32,000 nt of DNA from Zestosphaera tikiterensis (lineage in GTDB: Archaea; Thermoproteota; Thermoprotei_A; Sulfolobales; NBVN01). The position numbers were made by a program, and so were the translations under genes. Within the stretch, counting starts at the first letter, position 1. Every line of letters starts with the position of its first letter. The DNA is taken from assembly GCA_003056265.1 (NCBI GenBank), contig NBVN01000006.1:30001-62000 (forward strand), read 5' to 3'. The notes below the pieces were generated by a model, which ran no database searches, had not been told where the DNA came from, and was given only the letters and a program-made list of their open reading frames with translations. Positions 24,102 through 32,000 of the stretch are shown here, piece after piece.

Positions 24102-24407
24102 CTAGATTTTCAGTAGTTCATGTTCTTTTATGAATCTTTTATACCAACCCTCGTAGAGCTTCTTCGTTACTATATGTAGCTCTATAGGTGCGTCTATACT
24201 TCGATATACTCTCGTCATGATCTCGTACTTCTTATCTGTTTTCTCGGTAATTACTAGGATATCTATATCGCTTGCGACCGTGTAGTTCCCGCGGACAACC
24301 GAGCCGAAGACGTAGACTTCAGCTTGCGGATCAAATTCCGTAACTATTTTCTTCACTTCCTCGGCAATTACCCTGTAGTTCTCGAGTGTTTTAAGCTCCT
24401 TCGGCAA
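24102..24407 (-). CDS. mntA: Minimal nucleotidyltransferase (MNT) of a HEPN-MNT pair
   Basis: FGSVVRGNYTVASDIDILV is the classic GS-x(n)-DxD motif. 101 aa, TTG start. Confidence 0.8.
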   Translation of the reverse strand: MPKELKTLENYRVIAEEVKKIVTEFDPQAEVYVFGSVVRGNYTVASDIDILVITEKTDKKYEIMTRVYRSIDAPIELHIVTKKLYEGWYKRFIKEHELLKI

Positions 24408-24528
24408 CCCGTTTAAACACCTCCTTCACAAACTTCATTAAGTCCCTCGCCTCAGCATCCTCATAAATTATTGGGAGGTAGCGTGAAGTTATGTATGCCT
24501 CCTCAAGCCTAGCGATGTCAAAAACATA
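24391..24528 (-). pseudogene. HEPN-domain gene fragment (C-terminal about 45 codons only)
   Basis: The minus frame reads YVFDIARLEEAYITSRYLPIIYEDAEARDLMKFVKEVFKRVAEGA and then a stop. This is a typical HEPN C-terminus (RY motif). It overlaps the MNT start by 17 nt. The frame is closed by TAG at 24529-24531 with no start, and the RxxxxH region is absent. Confidence 0.6.
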
Positions 24529-24556
24529 CTAACGAAAAAGTTTATAAACCTTTCCA

Positions 24557-24592
24557 CTCCCGCCATAAATAACGAAGGCTTTCGGTTGTAGC
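24557..24592. repeat. Solo copy of the element terminal-repeat motif
   Basis: ggctttcggttgtagc (24577-24592) matches ggctttcagttgtagc (3630-3645) at 15 of 16 positions. ctcccgcc (24557-24564) matches the ctccgcc block upstream of the 3.6 kb copy. Confidence 0.55.
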
Positions 24593-24904
24593 GTAATAAG
24601 CCTATTTATAAGAAGGTCTTATTAATGTCTCCCTTGCTTTCAACCTTTTTCGGTTGCTTCACCGCTTCTCAAAGACTTAGATCACCTACTATTTCTGTCG
24701 GGAGGCTTCGAAAGTTTTAAGCCCATCATAAATAAGGTATTTTGTGAAGTTACCGTAAAATATGTATTTTACCAACGTTATGTTAATGTTAAGGGGTGAG
24801 AGACTTTAAAGGGGTATGACGAAGTATTTGAGGTTTTTGACAAATACTACTTAAAGTATGATGCTTGGTACTTAAATAATCTTAACATTTCAGCATCTGA
24901 GAAG

Positions 24905-25459
24905 TTGTGTATTAGGCTTCTCGCACCCTATGGTATTATCTTAGATATCGGTGTAGGCACGGGGATCCTCACTAGCGGCTTATCTAATACAATAGTTGGT
25001 GTAGATCCCGCTGAAAACCCGCTGAAGATCGCCAGCAATCGTGGTATTCTACCTGTGAATGCTTACGGCGAAGAATTGCCGTTTAGAGATGAAGCTTTCG
25101 ACACCGTGCTTATTATAGTAACTCTATGCTTTACAGATAAACCACTTAACATATTGTTTGAAGCATATAGGGTTTGTAAAAGAGGCGGTAAGCTAATAGT
25201 GTGTGTTGTTCCACGTGAAAGTGCTTGGGGAAGATACTATTTTTTAAGGAAGATACGCAGTGAAAGCGTATTCTATGAGTATGCAAGGTTCTATAGCGTG
25301 AAAGAAGTAGAAGATATGATGCGTTATGTAGGGCTTAAAATAAAGCGATACTGCTCGACACTGACTTACGATCCATCTATGCCACCTTATATCGAGTACC
25401 CTAAGCTGCAGAAAGACGAGGAAGCCGGATTCATATGTGTGGAAGCTATAAAGGAATGA
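24905..25459 (+). CDS. Class I SAM-dependent methyltransferase (Methyltransf_11-like), start uncertain or possibly 5'-damaged
   Basis: Motif I is ILDIGVGTGILT, with post-I GVDP and motif-II-like DTVLIIVTL. The frame is open from 24800 and encodes a typical YDAWY N-terminal segment, but it has no ATG/GTG/TTG before 24905. Confidence 0.6.
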   Translation: MCIRLLAPYGIILDIGVGTGILTSGLSNTIVGVDPAENPLKIASNRGILPVNAYGEELPFRDEAFDTVLIIVTLCFTDKPLNILFEAYRVCKRGGKLIVCVVPRESAWGRYYFLRKIRSESVFYEYARFYSVKEVEDMMRYVGLKIKRYCSTLTYDPSMPPYIEYPKLQKDEEAGFICVEAIKE

Positions 25460-26142
25460 AACGATCTTAGGCTACCTCCATCAATAACGATAACTATCCC
25501 AGTTATGAAGCTTGCCTCTTCTGAAGCTAGGAACACTATTGTATTTGCTATATCTGATGGCTTACCTAACCTACCTAAGGGCATGGCCTCAATTATAACT
25601 TCAAGTGTTTGCGATCCGATAGGGTCTGGAGCTATCACGTCAACCGTTATGTTGAAGGGTGTTAACTCTAAAGCTTTCGTAAACCCTATTATTCCTGCTC
25701 TATTTACTGTGAATAATGCGTTGGTATTGGAAAGCCCACAAGCCCTTGCTATCGACAATACGTTGATTATCCTGCTGTATCTTGCTTAACTATCGTAGGT
25801 TCTGTAAACCTAGTGAATAGAAACGTGCCTTTTTAAGTTTACGTTGATTACCTCATCTCAATCCTCCCCACTCATTTCTAAGAATGGCTTAAATGGGTAT
25901 ATGCCTGCGTTATTAACAAGCATGTCTACCTTAACGTTGTCCCTCTTCGACAGATCTCTGACGACGTCAAGAGCTCTAACGTTAAATCTCTCCGCTTCCT
26001 GAGATACTTCGTGAACTTTATCCATTAAATCCACCAGAACTACGTCAGCTCATTCACTTGCTAACTCGAGAGATATCTCCCTACCTATACTCATAGCAGT
26101 GCCGGTTATTAAAGCCGCTCTACCTTTAAATTTAGAACTCAA
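25387..26142 (-). pseudogene. Short-chain dehydrogenase/reductase (SDR) pseudogene
   Basis: A single frame from TTG 26142 reads KGRAALITGTAMSIGREI...NNAGIY...IVIDGG. It has in-frame stops at 26052-26050 (TGA), 25860-25858 (TGA), 25812-25810 (TAG) and 25788-25786 (TAA). The catalytic YxxxK reads FTVNR. Confidence 0.75.
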
Positions 26143-26312
26143 TTAACTCACTATGATGTACATGGATATATATCATGTTGGAAAGTTTATAAGGCTCCGT
26201 TAGGATCTTCAGATATAAAAACTAAGTTTTAAAACAACAGCAACTACTTAATCGTTATCTAATATCAGAGAATGTTATGCGAACGTAATTGAAAGTTAAT
26301 GAAGTAATTAAA

Positions 26313-28589
26313 CTATGTGGTGAGTTCCTTAACGTATGACTGCAGGCCTCTATTCTCTATCCTATATATTTTGTCGGCTATGTCCTTAACTTTCTCCTCA
26401 TGTGTTACTATGATTATTTGTTTTAGGTTGCTCGCTACCTGCTTAAGTATTTCGAAGAGTTTCTCTCTGTTCTCCTCGTCTAGGTAGACCGTAGGTTCGT
26501 CAAGTATTATAGTTGATACTTTACCCATGAGCATCTCAGCTAGGGCTAGTCTTAAAGCTATCGCTATGCTTACCTTCTCACCTCCTGAGGCGTTCTTAAC
26601 GTTTAGCTCTTCATCGTTTACATAGTAGCTTATGTTATATTCATCATCTATTTTTAATCGCTCTATACCTAGCTTAAACCCCTTAAGTATTTCGTTAGCT
26701 CGCCTCTCAAGTTCCTCCCTAGCTTTAACAGTTAACTTCTTAGCGATTACGCCGTCCCTACCTAAGTAAGCCTCGCTAAACTCTCTTAAAGTCTTAACGA
26801 CTTTCTTCCTCTGCTCTATATCCTCAAGAGCTTTCCTTAACTCCTTAATCTCCTCAGCGATTCTAACCTCCCTATCGCATATTTCCTCAAGCCTCCCCTT
26901 AATAAGCCCAACCCTCCTATTCAAGTCGTTTAACTGATTCCTCAAAGCGTTTACGTGATTAACTACCCTACTTAAGGAGTTGTTTATAGCTGACCTCACT
27001 TTAATTATATCGGATCTACTTACGTTTAAGCTTAACGTTACGCCAGTAACTGAAGCGTAGGAGTTGAACTCATTAAGTAAGCCCTCCACATCCAACTCTA
27101 ATTCAGTAACGTCGCCTAACTCAGCCTTAAGGTTTTCTAACTCAATTGAAACCTTAGTGAATTCTTCCTTAAGTTTAAGGAGTTGATCTACGCATTCGTT
27201 AAGCTCCCTACTTAAGCTTAACTCGCCGCAGAGCTTTACAGCCTCGGAAGCCAGCCTTTCCTCCTCCTCACGAGCCCTCCTTAACTCCTCACTTAACGTC
27301 TCTTCAGCCGTAAGTAACCTCCTAAACTCCCTCTCCATAGCTTCAACTTGCTTAACTGTTTTCAATAAAGCATCCATTTCTCTCTTTAGATCCGCCAGCC
27401 TCACTTTAAGGTTTTCAGACTCTTCGATAAGGTGTTGACGTATTGACGTAGGGTCTTTAATTAATGACCCGCATATAGGGCATTTACTTGATTCACTAAC
27501 CTTATTTAAGTACACGTTATATAGGTCTATTAAGGACTCCACCCTAGCTATGTCGTTGGTGAGGGCCTCACCCCTAGAGTTTAAACCCTCCTTTAACTCC
27601 TCTAAGTCTTGCTGGCTGGATACCCGCCTACCGAAGAGTTCCGAAGCTTTTGAAGTTAACGAGTTTAAATCGCTTCTTAACTTATTAATTCGTGCGGTTA
27701 CGTCACTAACTGATTTACGTGCCCTAACGAGGTTTTCTGGACTCCACGCACTTAAAACCTTAAGTTCATCATATCTTGATTTAAGCTCTTTAAACCTACG
27801 CATTATTAAAGCCTGTTCAAACATATCTAAAGCTTTAACGGCGTTGCTTAAGTCGCTTCTCTCACGCTCGGCTTTATCTATCCTCTCCTCAAGCTCTTTC
27901 AACTCTTTAGATAGCGCTTCATATTCTTTCTGAAGCTTCACAACCTCCTCCTTAACCCTCCTCTCCTCCTCCTGAAGTTTAGAAAGCCTTACCCTCCTAT
28001 CGCTTTCCTCAGCCGTTAAAACCTTCTCTTTAGAGTTTAACGCAGTCTTAACTACTTCGAGGGCGTTGATTAGGTTTTCCAAACCGAATAGGCTTAATAT
28101 CTCTTCACGCCTCTCCGAAGGCTTTAAATCTATTATCTTAGTTAACTCGTCTTGAAGGCTTAATATCGTGTTCCTAACTAAATCAACAACGAGTTCATGC
28201 CTACTAACCCCTAACAAACTCGATATCTCTTTAATCACTGGGTTGAAATTCACAGCTTTTAAAACCTCCCCACCCTCCTTAATCTCGTAAAGCCTTACTG
28301 AATCGCTACCGTCAAGCGATACCTCCCTCACAACTTTAAAACTACGCCCACCAACCTCGAAGACAACCGCTATAGAGCCTTTCCTATACCCCCTATGTAG
28401 TAAGGACTCCTTCCTACCCTCCCTAACGCTGTACTTCGGCGTTGGGAATAACGCGACGAAAAGCCCTTCAACAACCGATGACTTACCGGCTCCGTTAGGA
28501 CCTACTAAAGCGTTCACGCCCTCCGTGAACTCCAGCTCTGAATTTCTATGAGATAGGAAGTTATTTAGGTATACCTTCTTAATAATCAC
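26313..28589 (-). CDS. rad50: Rad50 DNA double-strand break repair ATPase
   Basis: Walker A GPNGAGKSS, long coiled coil with zinc hook CPICG, signature SGGEKVSIAIALRLA, Walker B TIILDEPTVYLD, H-loop IIVTHEE. Confidence 0.9.
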   Translation of the reverse strand: MIIKKVYLNNFLSHRNSELEFTEGVNALVGPNGAGKSSVVEGLFVALFPTPKYSVREGRKESLLHRGYRKGSIAVVFEVGGRSFKVVREVSLDGSDSVRLYEIKEGGEVLKAVNFNPVIKEISSLLGVSRHELVVDLVRNTILSLQDELTKIIDLKPSERREEILSLFGLENLINALEVVKTALNSKEKVLTAEESDRRVRLSKLQEEERRVKEEVVKLQKEYEALSKELKELEERIDKAERERSDLSNAVKALDMFEQALIMRRFKELKSRYDELKVLSAWSPENLVRARKSVSDVTARINKLRSDLNSLTSKASELFGRRVSSQQDLEELKEGLNSRGEALTNDIARVESLIDLYNVYLNKVSESSKCPICGSLIKDPTSIRQHLIEESENLKVRLADLKREMDALLKTVKQVEAMEREFRRLLTAEETLSEELRRAREEEERLASEAVKLCGELSLSRELNECVDQLLKLKEEFTKVSIELENLKAELGDVTELELDVEGLLNEFNSYASVTGVTLSLNVSRSDIIKVRSAINNSLSRVVNHVNALRNQLNDLNRRVGLIKGRLEEICDREVRIAEEIKELRKALEDIEQRKKVVKTLREFSEAYLGRDGVIAKKLTVKAREELERRANEILKGFKLGIERLKIDDEYNISYYVNDEELNVKNASGGEKVSIAIALRLALAEMLMGKVSTIILDEPTVYLDEENREKLFEILKQVASNLKQIIIVTHEEKVKDIADKIYRIENRGLQSYVKELTT

Positions 28590-29761
28590 TTCCTCCTCAC
28601 CAACTCCTCAAGTTTTTTATAGAGGCTTCTATCCTTAACCAACAGCTCCAGAATTAACTCCACGTCTTTATCGCTGGTTGAACTAACTAAAGCCTGAACC
28701 AACTGTGTGATGCCCTCATCTTTAAACGTTTCTTTAATGACCGCATCTAAACTAACTGTAGATACGCCCTCACCACGGCCCTCCCCAACCTCGAGTTCCC
28801 CACCTTCAGCTGTTTTAGTCAGTATTCGAAAGTCGGAGATTAACCCCCTCTCAACAGCCCTACTTAACTCCGTTCTAAGCTTCTCAGCTTCAAACCTGCT
28901 TAATTTAGATGTGAGCTCCACGTACAGGATGGGCTTCTTAACTAGGTTGTGACTTCCTAACCTACCTAAGCTTTGCTGAAGTTCGTTAACGTTTTTAATC
29001 ACTAACTTCGCAAACCTTCTAAACCTCTCTAAACGTATGTGTTGAAGTACCGCTTCAGAACCACTTAAATCAACTAAAACAACGTATCTCTCATCCCTAT
29101 ATTCTTGAATGTCTTGAGCTTCTGTAGAGCCTGGGTATACGATAGGCGGGTTTCTAATGTTTGGATATACGTAGTTTATGTGGTAATCCCCTAAAGCCAC
29201 GTAGTTATACTCTTTAACAGGTAGTTGAGTTATTGAGATGTGATAGCTGGGTAAGCCCAACTCCTGAAGCAGTATATGCGCTATGAGGATCTTCTTACGT
29301 GCTTCAGGGGGTTTAACCTTACTTAAGACTTCCTTAGCCATAGAGCCTTCGAAGTAGGGGATGCCGGTAACCCCTAAGTCCCCTGAGTTAAGCTTAACCA
29401 CTTCGTTTTTTACGTCGCCTGGAGACTCACCTAACGAGTGAGCAAGCCCTAACTCCTTAAGTACGTGTATTGGTGAGGCTCCAGCACGTTTAGCCATGTC
29501 ATGCTGACCCGCCACAACAATGAACTTTATGTTCCGTTCTCTCAACTTGTTTAAAGCCTTAACTGCGTATACGTAGGGTCTTGGAGGAGGTCTGAAGTCG
29601 TCGAATAGATCTCCTGAATGTATTACGGCGTCTACATGTTCTTTAATCGCTATATCTATAGCTTCATCGAAGACTTCGTAGAAGTCTTTCTCCCTCTCGA
29701 AACTTCCAGTAAAGGGTTTTGAAGAGCCTAAATGCGTGTCTGAAACGTGAAGTAGTAACAT
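28586..29761 (-). CDS. mre11: Mre11 nuclease
   Basis: Phosphoesterase motifs HVSDTHLG, HSGDLFD, VVAGQHD (Gln where Asn is usual), IAHILL and LGDYH. 4-nt overlap with rad50. Confidence 0.9.
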   Translation of the reverse strand: MLLLHVSDTHLGSSKPFTGSFEREKDFYEVFDEAIDIAIKEHVDAVIHSGDLFDDFRPPPRPYVYAVKALNKLRERNIKFIVVAGQHDMAKRAGASPIHVLKELGLAHSLGESPGDVKNEVVKLNSGDLGVTGIPYFEGSMAKEVLSKVKPPEARKKILIAHILLQELGLPSYHISITQLPVKEYNYVALGDYHINYVYPNIRNPPIVYPGSTEAQDIQEYRDERYVVLVDLSGSEAVLQHIRLERFRRFAKLVIKNVNELQQSLGRLGSHNLVKKPILYVELTSKLSRFEAEKLRTELSRAVERGLISDFRILTKTAEGGELEVGEGRGEGVSTVSLDAVIKETFKDEGITQLVQALVSSTSDKDVELILELLVKDRSLYKKLEELVRRK

Positions 29762-29778
29762 CCTTAAACCACCTTATC

Positions 29779-31389
29779 TTAAAGCTCCGTTAAGGAGCTC
29801 CTCTCCTTAGCTTTAGAGGCTTCGGAATTACGCTCTATTAACTTGTCCCTCCATACACTCACTACTTTAGGTGAGGCACCTAACTTCTTACCTTCGTGTT
29901 TATCTATGTGAGCGTAAACAGTGAACCTCCCCACCCACTCACCAACTAAGATCGCGTGTCCCGGCGGGAAAGAAGGCATTAAGTTGGAGTACTCCTCGCT
30001 TAACACGTCTGAAAACTCAACTACTTTATTTCTATCCATGGTTTGAACTAACTTGAAGAAGGCGAAGTTCTGAACCTGCGATACTATCGCTGGGTCTAAA
30101 GTCCTCGGTCTCTGACTAACTATAGCTAACATAGCCCCGAATTTCCTGCCCTCCCTAACGAACCTCTGGAGGGCTTCCTTAGATTCCGTATGTCTATTCT
30201 CACTTAAGAATATGTGGGCCTCCTCAACAACCAGGAGTGTTGGGATCGCCCTCCTCTCCTTCAAAGACCAGAGCAGGTCTTCAGCGATTACCTTAAGCAT
30301 CCAGTCCTGCTCGCTATCCGTTAACTCGGAGACGTCCACATCTATTATCCTCTCAGGCGCTATTAACTCACTAACTTCAGGCATGTCTAGGCTTGTTTTA
30401 TGCCATTCGAAGAAGTCCTCTATCTTATCTATTATGTTATCCCTTAGCTTATCGTCTTTAGGTACGGCTTTAATCACCTCGCCTTTAAGGAGTTCCTCAT
30501 AAGCTTGTATTTCGCTTAAGTCACCACCTACCGCACGTCCAGACGCTTTAGCTAACTCAACCACAGCTTTAGATAGGGGTATCCCCTCCTTCGAAGCCTT
30601 CTCTAAGATCCTACCGTTTAAACTTTTTATCGCGTTCCTCAATATCCTCCTTTGCTTGGTTGCCCCCGGCTCGGAAATTATGAACATCGTAAGCAATCTA
30701 ATAGGGGTTTTAATTAAGTTTATGCTTGCTTCGTAAGACACGACCTCAACCCTACCTGGGTTCTCGCTTTCCAACTTATACTCGCCGTGTGTGTCGAAGA
30801 TCACTACGCTACCGCCTAATCCAGCCACCCTATCCGCTAAGACCGCTATGAAGTTGCTCTTACCTGAGCCCGTAACCCCAGTTACTAAGAGGTGCTTTAC
30901 TAAAGCGTTTACGTTAACCCTAACTTCAATGTCTTCTTCGTGGCCGGCTAGAGAACCCACTCTAATGCTTTCCTCCGGGTCTTGCCTGTAGATCTTGCTG
31001 AGGTGTTGTGGGGTTGCTAAATATACTTTAGTTTCAGGCGGGGGTGGGTACGTAGGTACTGAAGGCCTGTCTTCAGTTATGTCCGCTATGAGTATAGCGT
31101 CCATTACGGACTCCCGCTTAAGTTCTAAAAGCTCTGGAGCTTCAACAACTACTGTGGGGATTGACGTAGGGGGTTTACTCATCACAGGCGTTAAAGACTT
31201 GAATTGAGTTGCGCCTATAAGACCTACTACATCCCTCCTCATGACGTTCTTAGATCTTGGGTCTTTAACCTGGTAGTTTAAGTATACATACGTCCCTACG
31301 GGTAAGGGATACCTAGCCTTAACGCTTATCCTCGTCGGTGAGGACTCCTCACCAACAACGCCTACCTCAGTTAGGTTCTGAACGCTCAT
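29779..31389 (-). CDS. herA: HerA hexameric DNA translocase/helicase
   Basis: N-terminal HAS-barrel-like region, Walker A GVTGSGKSN, Walker B LLVVEEAH, VSQRP region. Sits between nurA and mre11. Confidence 0.9.
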   Translation of the reverse strand: MSVQNLTEVGVVGEESSPTRISVKARYPLPVGTYVYLNYQVKDPRSKNVMRRDVVGLIGATQFKSLTPVMSKPPTSIPTVVVEAPELLELKRESVMDAILIADITEDRPSVPTYPPPPETKVYLATPQHLSKIYRQDPEESIRVGSLAGHEEDIEVRVNVNALVKHLLVTGVTGSGKSNFIAVLADRVAGLGGSVVIFDTHGEYKLESENPGRVEVVSYEASINLIKTPIRLLTMFIISEPGATKQRRILRNAIKSLNGRILEKASKEGIPLSKAVVELAKASGRAVGGDLSEIQAYEELLKGEVIKAVPKDDKLRDNIIDKIEDFFEWHKTSLDMPEVSELIAPERIIDVDVSELTDSEQDWMLKVIAEDLLWSLKERRAIPTLLVVEEAHIFLSENRHTESKEALQRFVREGRKFGAMLAIVSQRPRTLDPAIVSQVQNFAFFKLVQTMDRNKVVEFSDVLSEEYSNLMPSFPPGHAILVGEWVGRFTVYAHIDKHEGKKLGASPKVVSVWRDKLIERNSEASKAKERSSLTEL

Positions 31390-32000
31390 GTGAACTCACC
31401 CAACACTTCACGTCCTGAAAAGATGTTTCCGTAGCCTAACTTCTGCATTACTGAGGTTACTTCAGAGTTTTTGAGTTTGCTTGTGGCGTGGGCTATCCGC
31501 AGAGGTTCTGGATATCCGTTGCTGGAGTATTTCATAACCGTTGATAATATCCTACGTACTTCATCAACTTCCTTAACGCCTGGGATGCTTACTTGATAGT
31601 ATGGACCTCCGTATCCAAGGCTGACGTAAGTTACTGTCATCGGTATAAGCCCTGACACGTCGAATTCCCTCCTATTTAACGGGGGCGGTAACTCATCCTT
31701 ACCGACGACTATAGGTTCTATTATGTGAGGCTCTAGAGGTAGTTTTAAAGTGTTTCTAAAGTAGTTTAATACAGCTACGTCGTTTACCTCCCTACTAACT
31801 TTAGGGTCTTTAAACCATTCCCTAGCGTAGTAATTCAGCTTTACAGACTTGGATATGAATACTAAAGTAGCTGATTGTGAAAGCCTCCTTAGGGAATCCC
31901 TGATGTCCTCCCATAACTTCCTCACTTCCTCCCTCTTCTCTTTAACGCCTTTAAGTCCGAAGCTTAAGAACGATATTAAAGAACCGTCTAACATAGCTAT
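31386..32000 (-). CDS. nurA: NurA 5'-3' nuclease; 5' end lies outside the window
   Basis: The frame is open to the window edge. The DGS catalytic motif is near the edge (LDGSLISF). 4-nt overlap with the herA start. The operon context fits. Confidence 0.75.
   Translation of the reverse strand: MAMLDGSLISFLSFGLKGVKEKREEVRKLWEDIRDSLRRLSQSATLVFISKSVKLNYYAREWFKDPKVSREVNDVAVLNYFRNTLKLPLEPHIIEPIVVGKDELPPPLNRREFDVSGLIPMTVTYVSLGYGGPYYQVSIPGVKEVDEVRRILSTVMKYSSNGYPEPLRIAHATSKLKNSEVTSVMQKLGYGNIFSGREVLGEFT

Noticed and set aside
1381-31207. Antisense or shadow ORFs inside well-supported genes: 1381-1566, 1885-2106, 2230-2511, 2674-2907, 4194-4952, 5028-5210, 5938-6123, 9664-9909, 10440-10832, 11430-11684, 12882-13076, 13462-13665, 15127-15324, 15397-15786, 17476-17832, 18925-19143, 21570-21764, 25505-25789, 27550-27933, 28707-28952, 30212-30502, 30791-30991, 30995-31207.
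   Set aside because: Each lies opposite or out of frame to a gene with clear family motifs. Their translations are Ser/Leu/Thr/Pro-rich low-complexity with no motifs, as expected for mirror frames.
1-32000. A CRISPR array, rRNA or tRNA genes, or an integrase/transposase gene.
   Set aside because: There are no regularly spaced direct repeats, no rRNA-like or cloverleaf-compatible sequence (no T-arm consensus), and no ORF with recombinase or transposase motifs on either strand.

Overview
This is a gene-dense, moderately AT-rich archaeal chromosome segment. The gene content suggests a thermophilic crenarchaeon (Thermoproteota), but the taxon cannot be fixed from sequence alone. Supporting signs are the LysW carrier-protein lysine/arginine cluster, a nurA-herA-mre11-rad50 operon, an Fe/Mn SOD, many GTG/TTG starts, 4-nt gene overlaps, and TATA-like boxes 25-45 nt upstream of starts.

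Left to right, the core genes are:
- a partial GPN-loop GTPase
- a two-ORF LysO-type exporter and an ArsB/NhaD-type permease
- a MOFRL glycerate kinase and a VapBC pair
- a half-size EamA protein and a HAD hydrolase
- a LysA-like decarboxylase
- a CbiM-N-Q-O type ECF Co/Ni importer followed by an HExxH membrane protein
- a superoxide dismutase
- the divergent lysZ-lysY / lysW-lysX-lysJ-lysK cluster
- nurA-herA-mre11-rad50 at the right end

Two regions are not ordinary.

(1) 2.9-3.8 kb is a non-coding junkyard. It holds a 607-bp element bounded by 26-nt inverted repeats (24/26 identical) with a GC-rich hairpin core. Partial copies lie at 6.6, 19.6 and 24.6 kb.

(2) 18.5-26.3 kb, between lysK and rad50, is an accessory and decaying island. 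It contains:
- a small basic ORF plus a nucleotidyltransferase (TA-like)
- a GC-rich structured RNA candidate of unknown class
- a membrane-anchored SagB-type flavoprotein coupled to a small membrane protein
- a nuclease-like protein with five 42-bp coding repeats, divergent from an AbiEi/AbiEii-like pair whose NTase motif has lost one Asp
- an orphan MNT with a truncated HEPN partner
- a methyltransferase with no canonical start for its conserved N-terminus
- an SDR pseudogene with four in-frame stops

I recognised no rRNA, tRNA or CRISPR array. All homology statements come from reading motifs by eye and from memory of the families. No database search was run.
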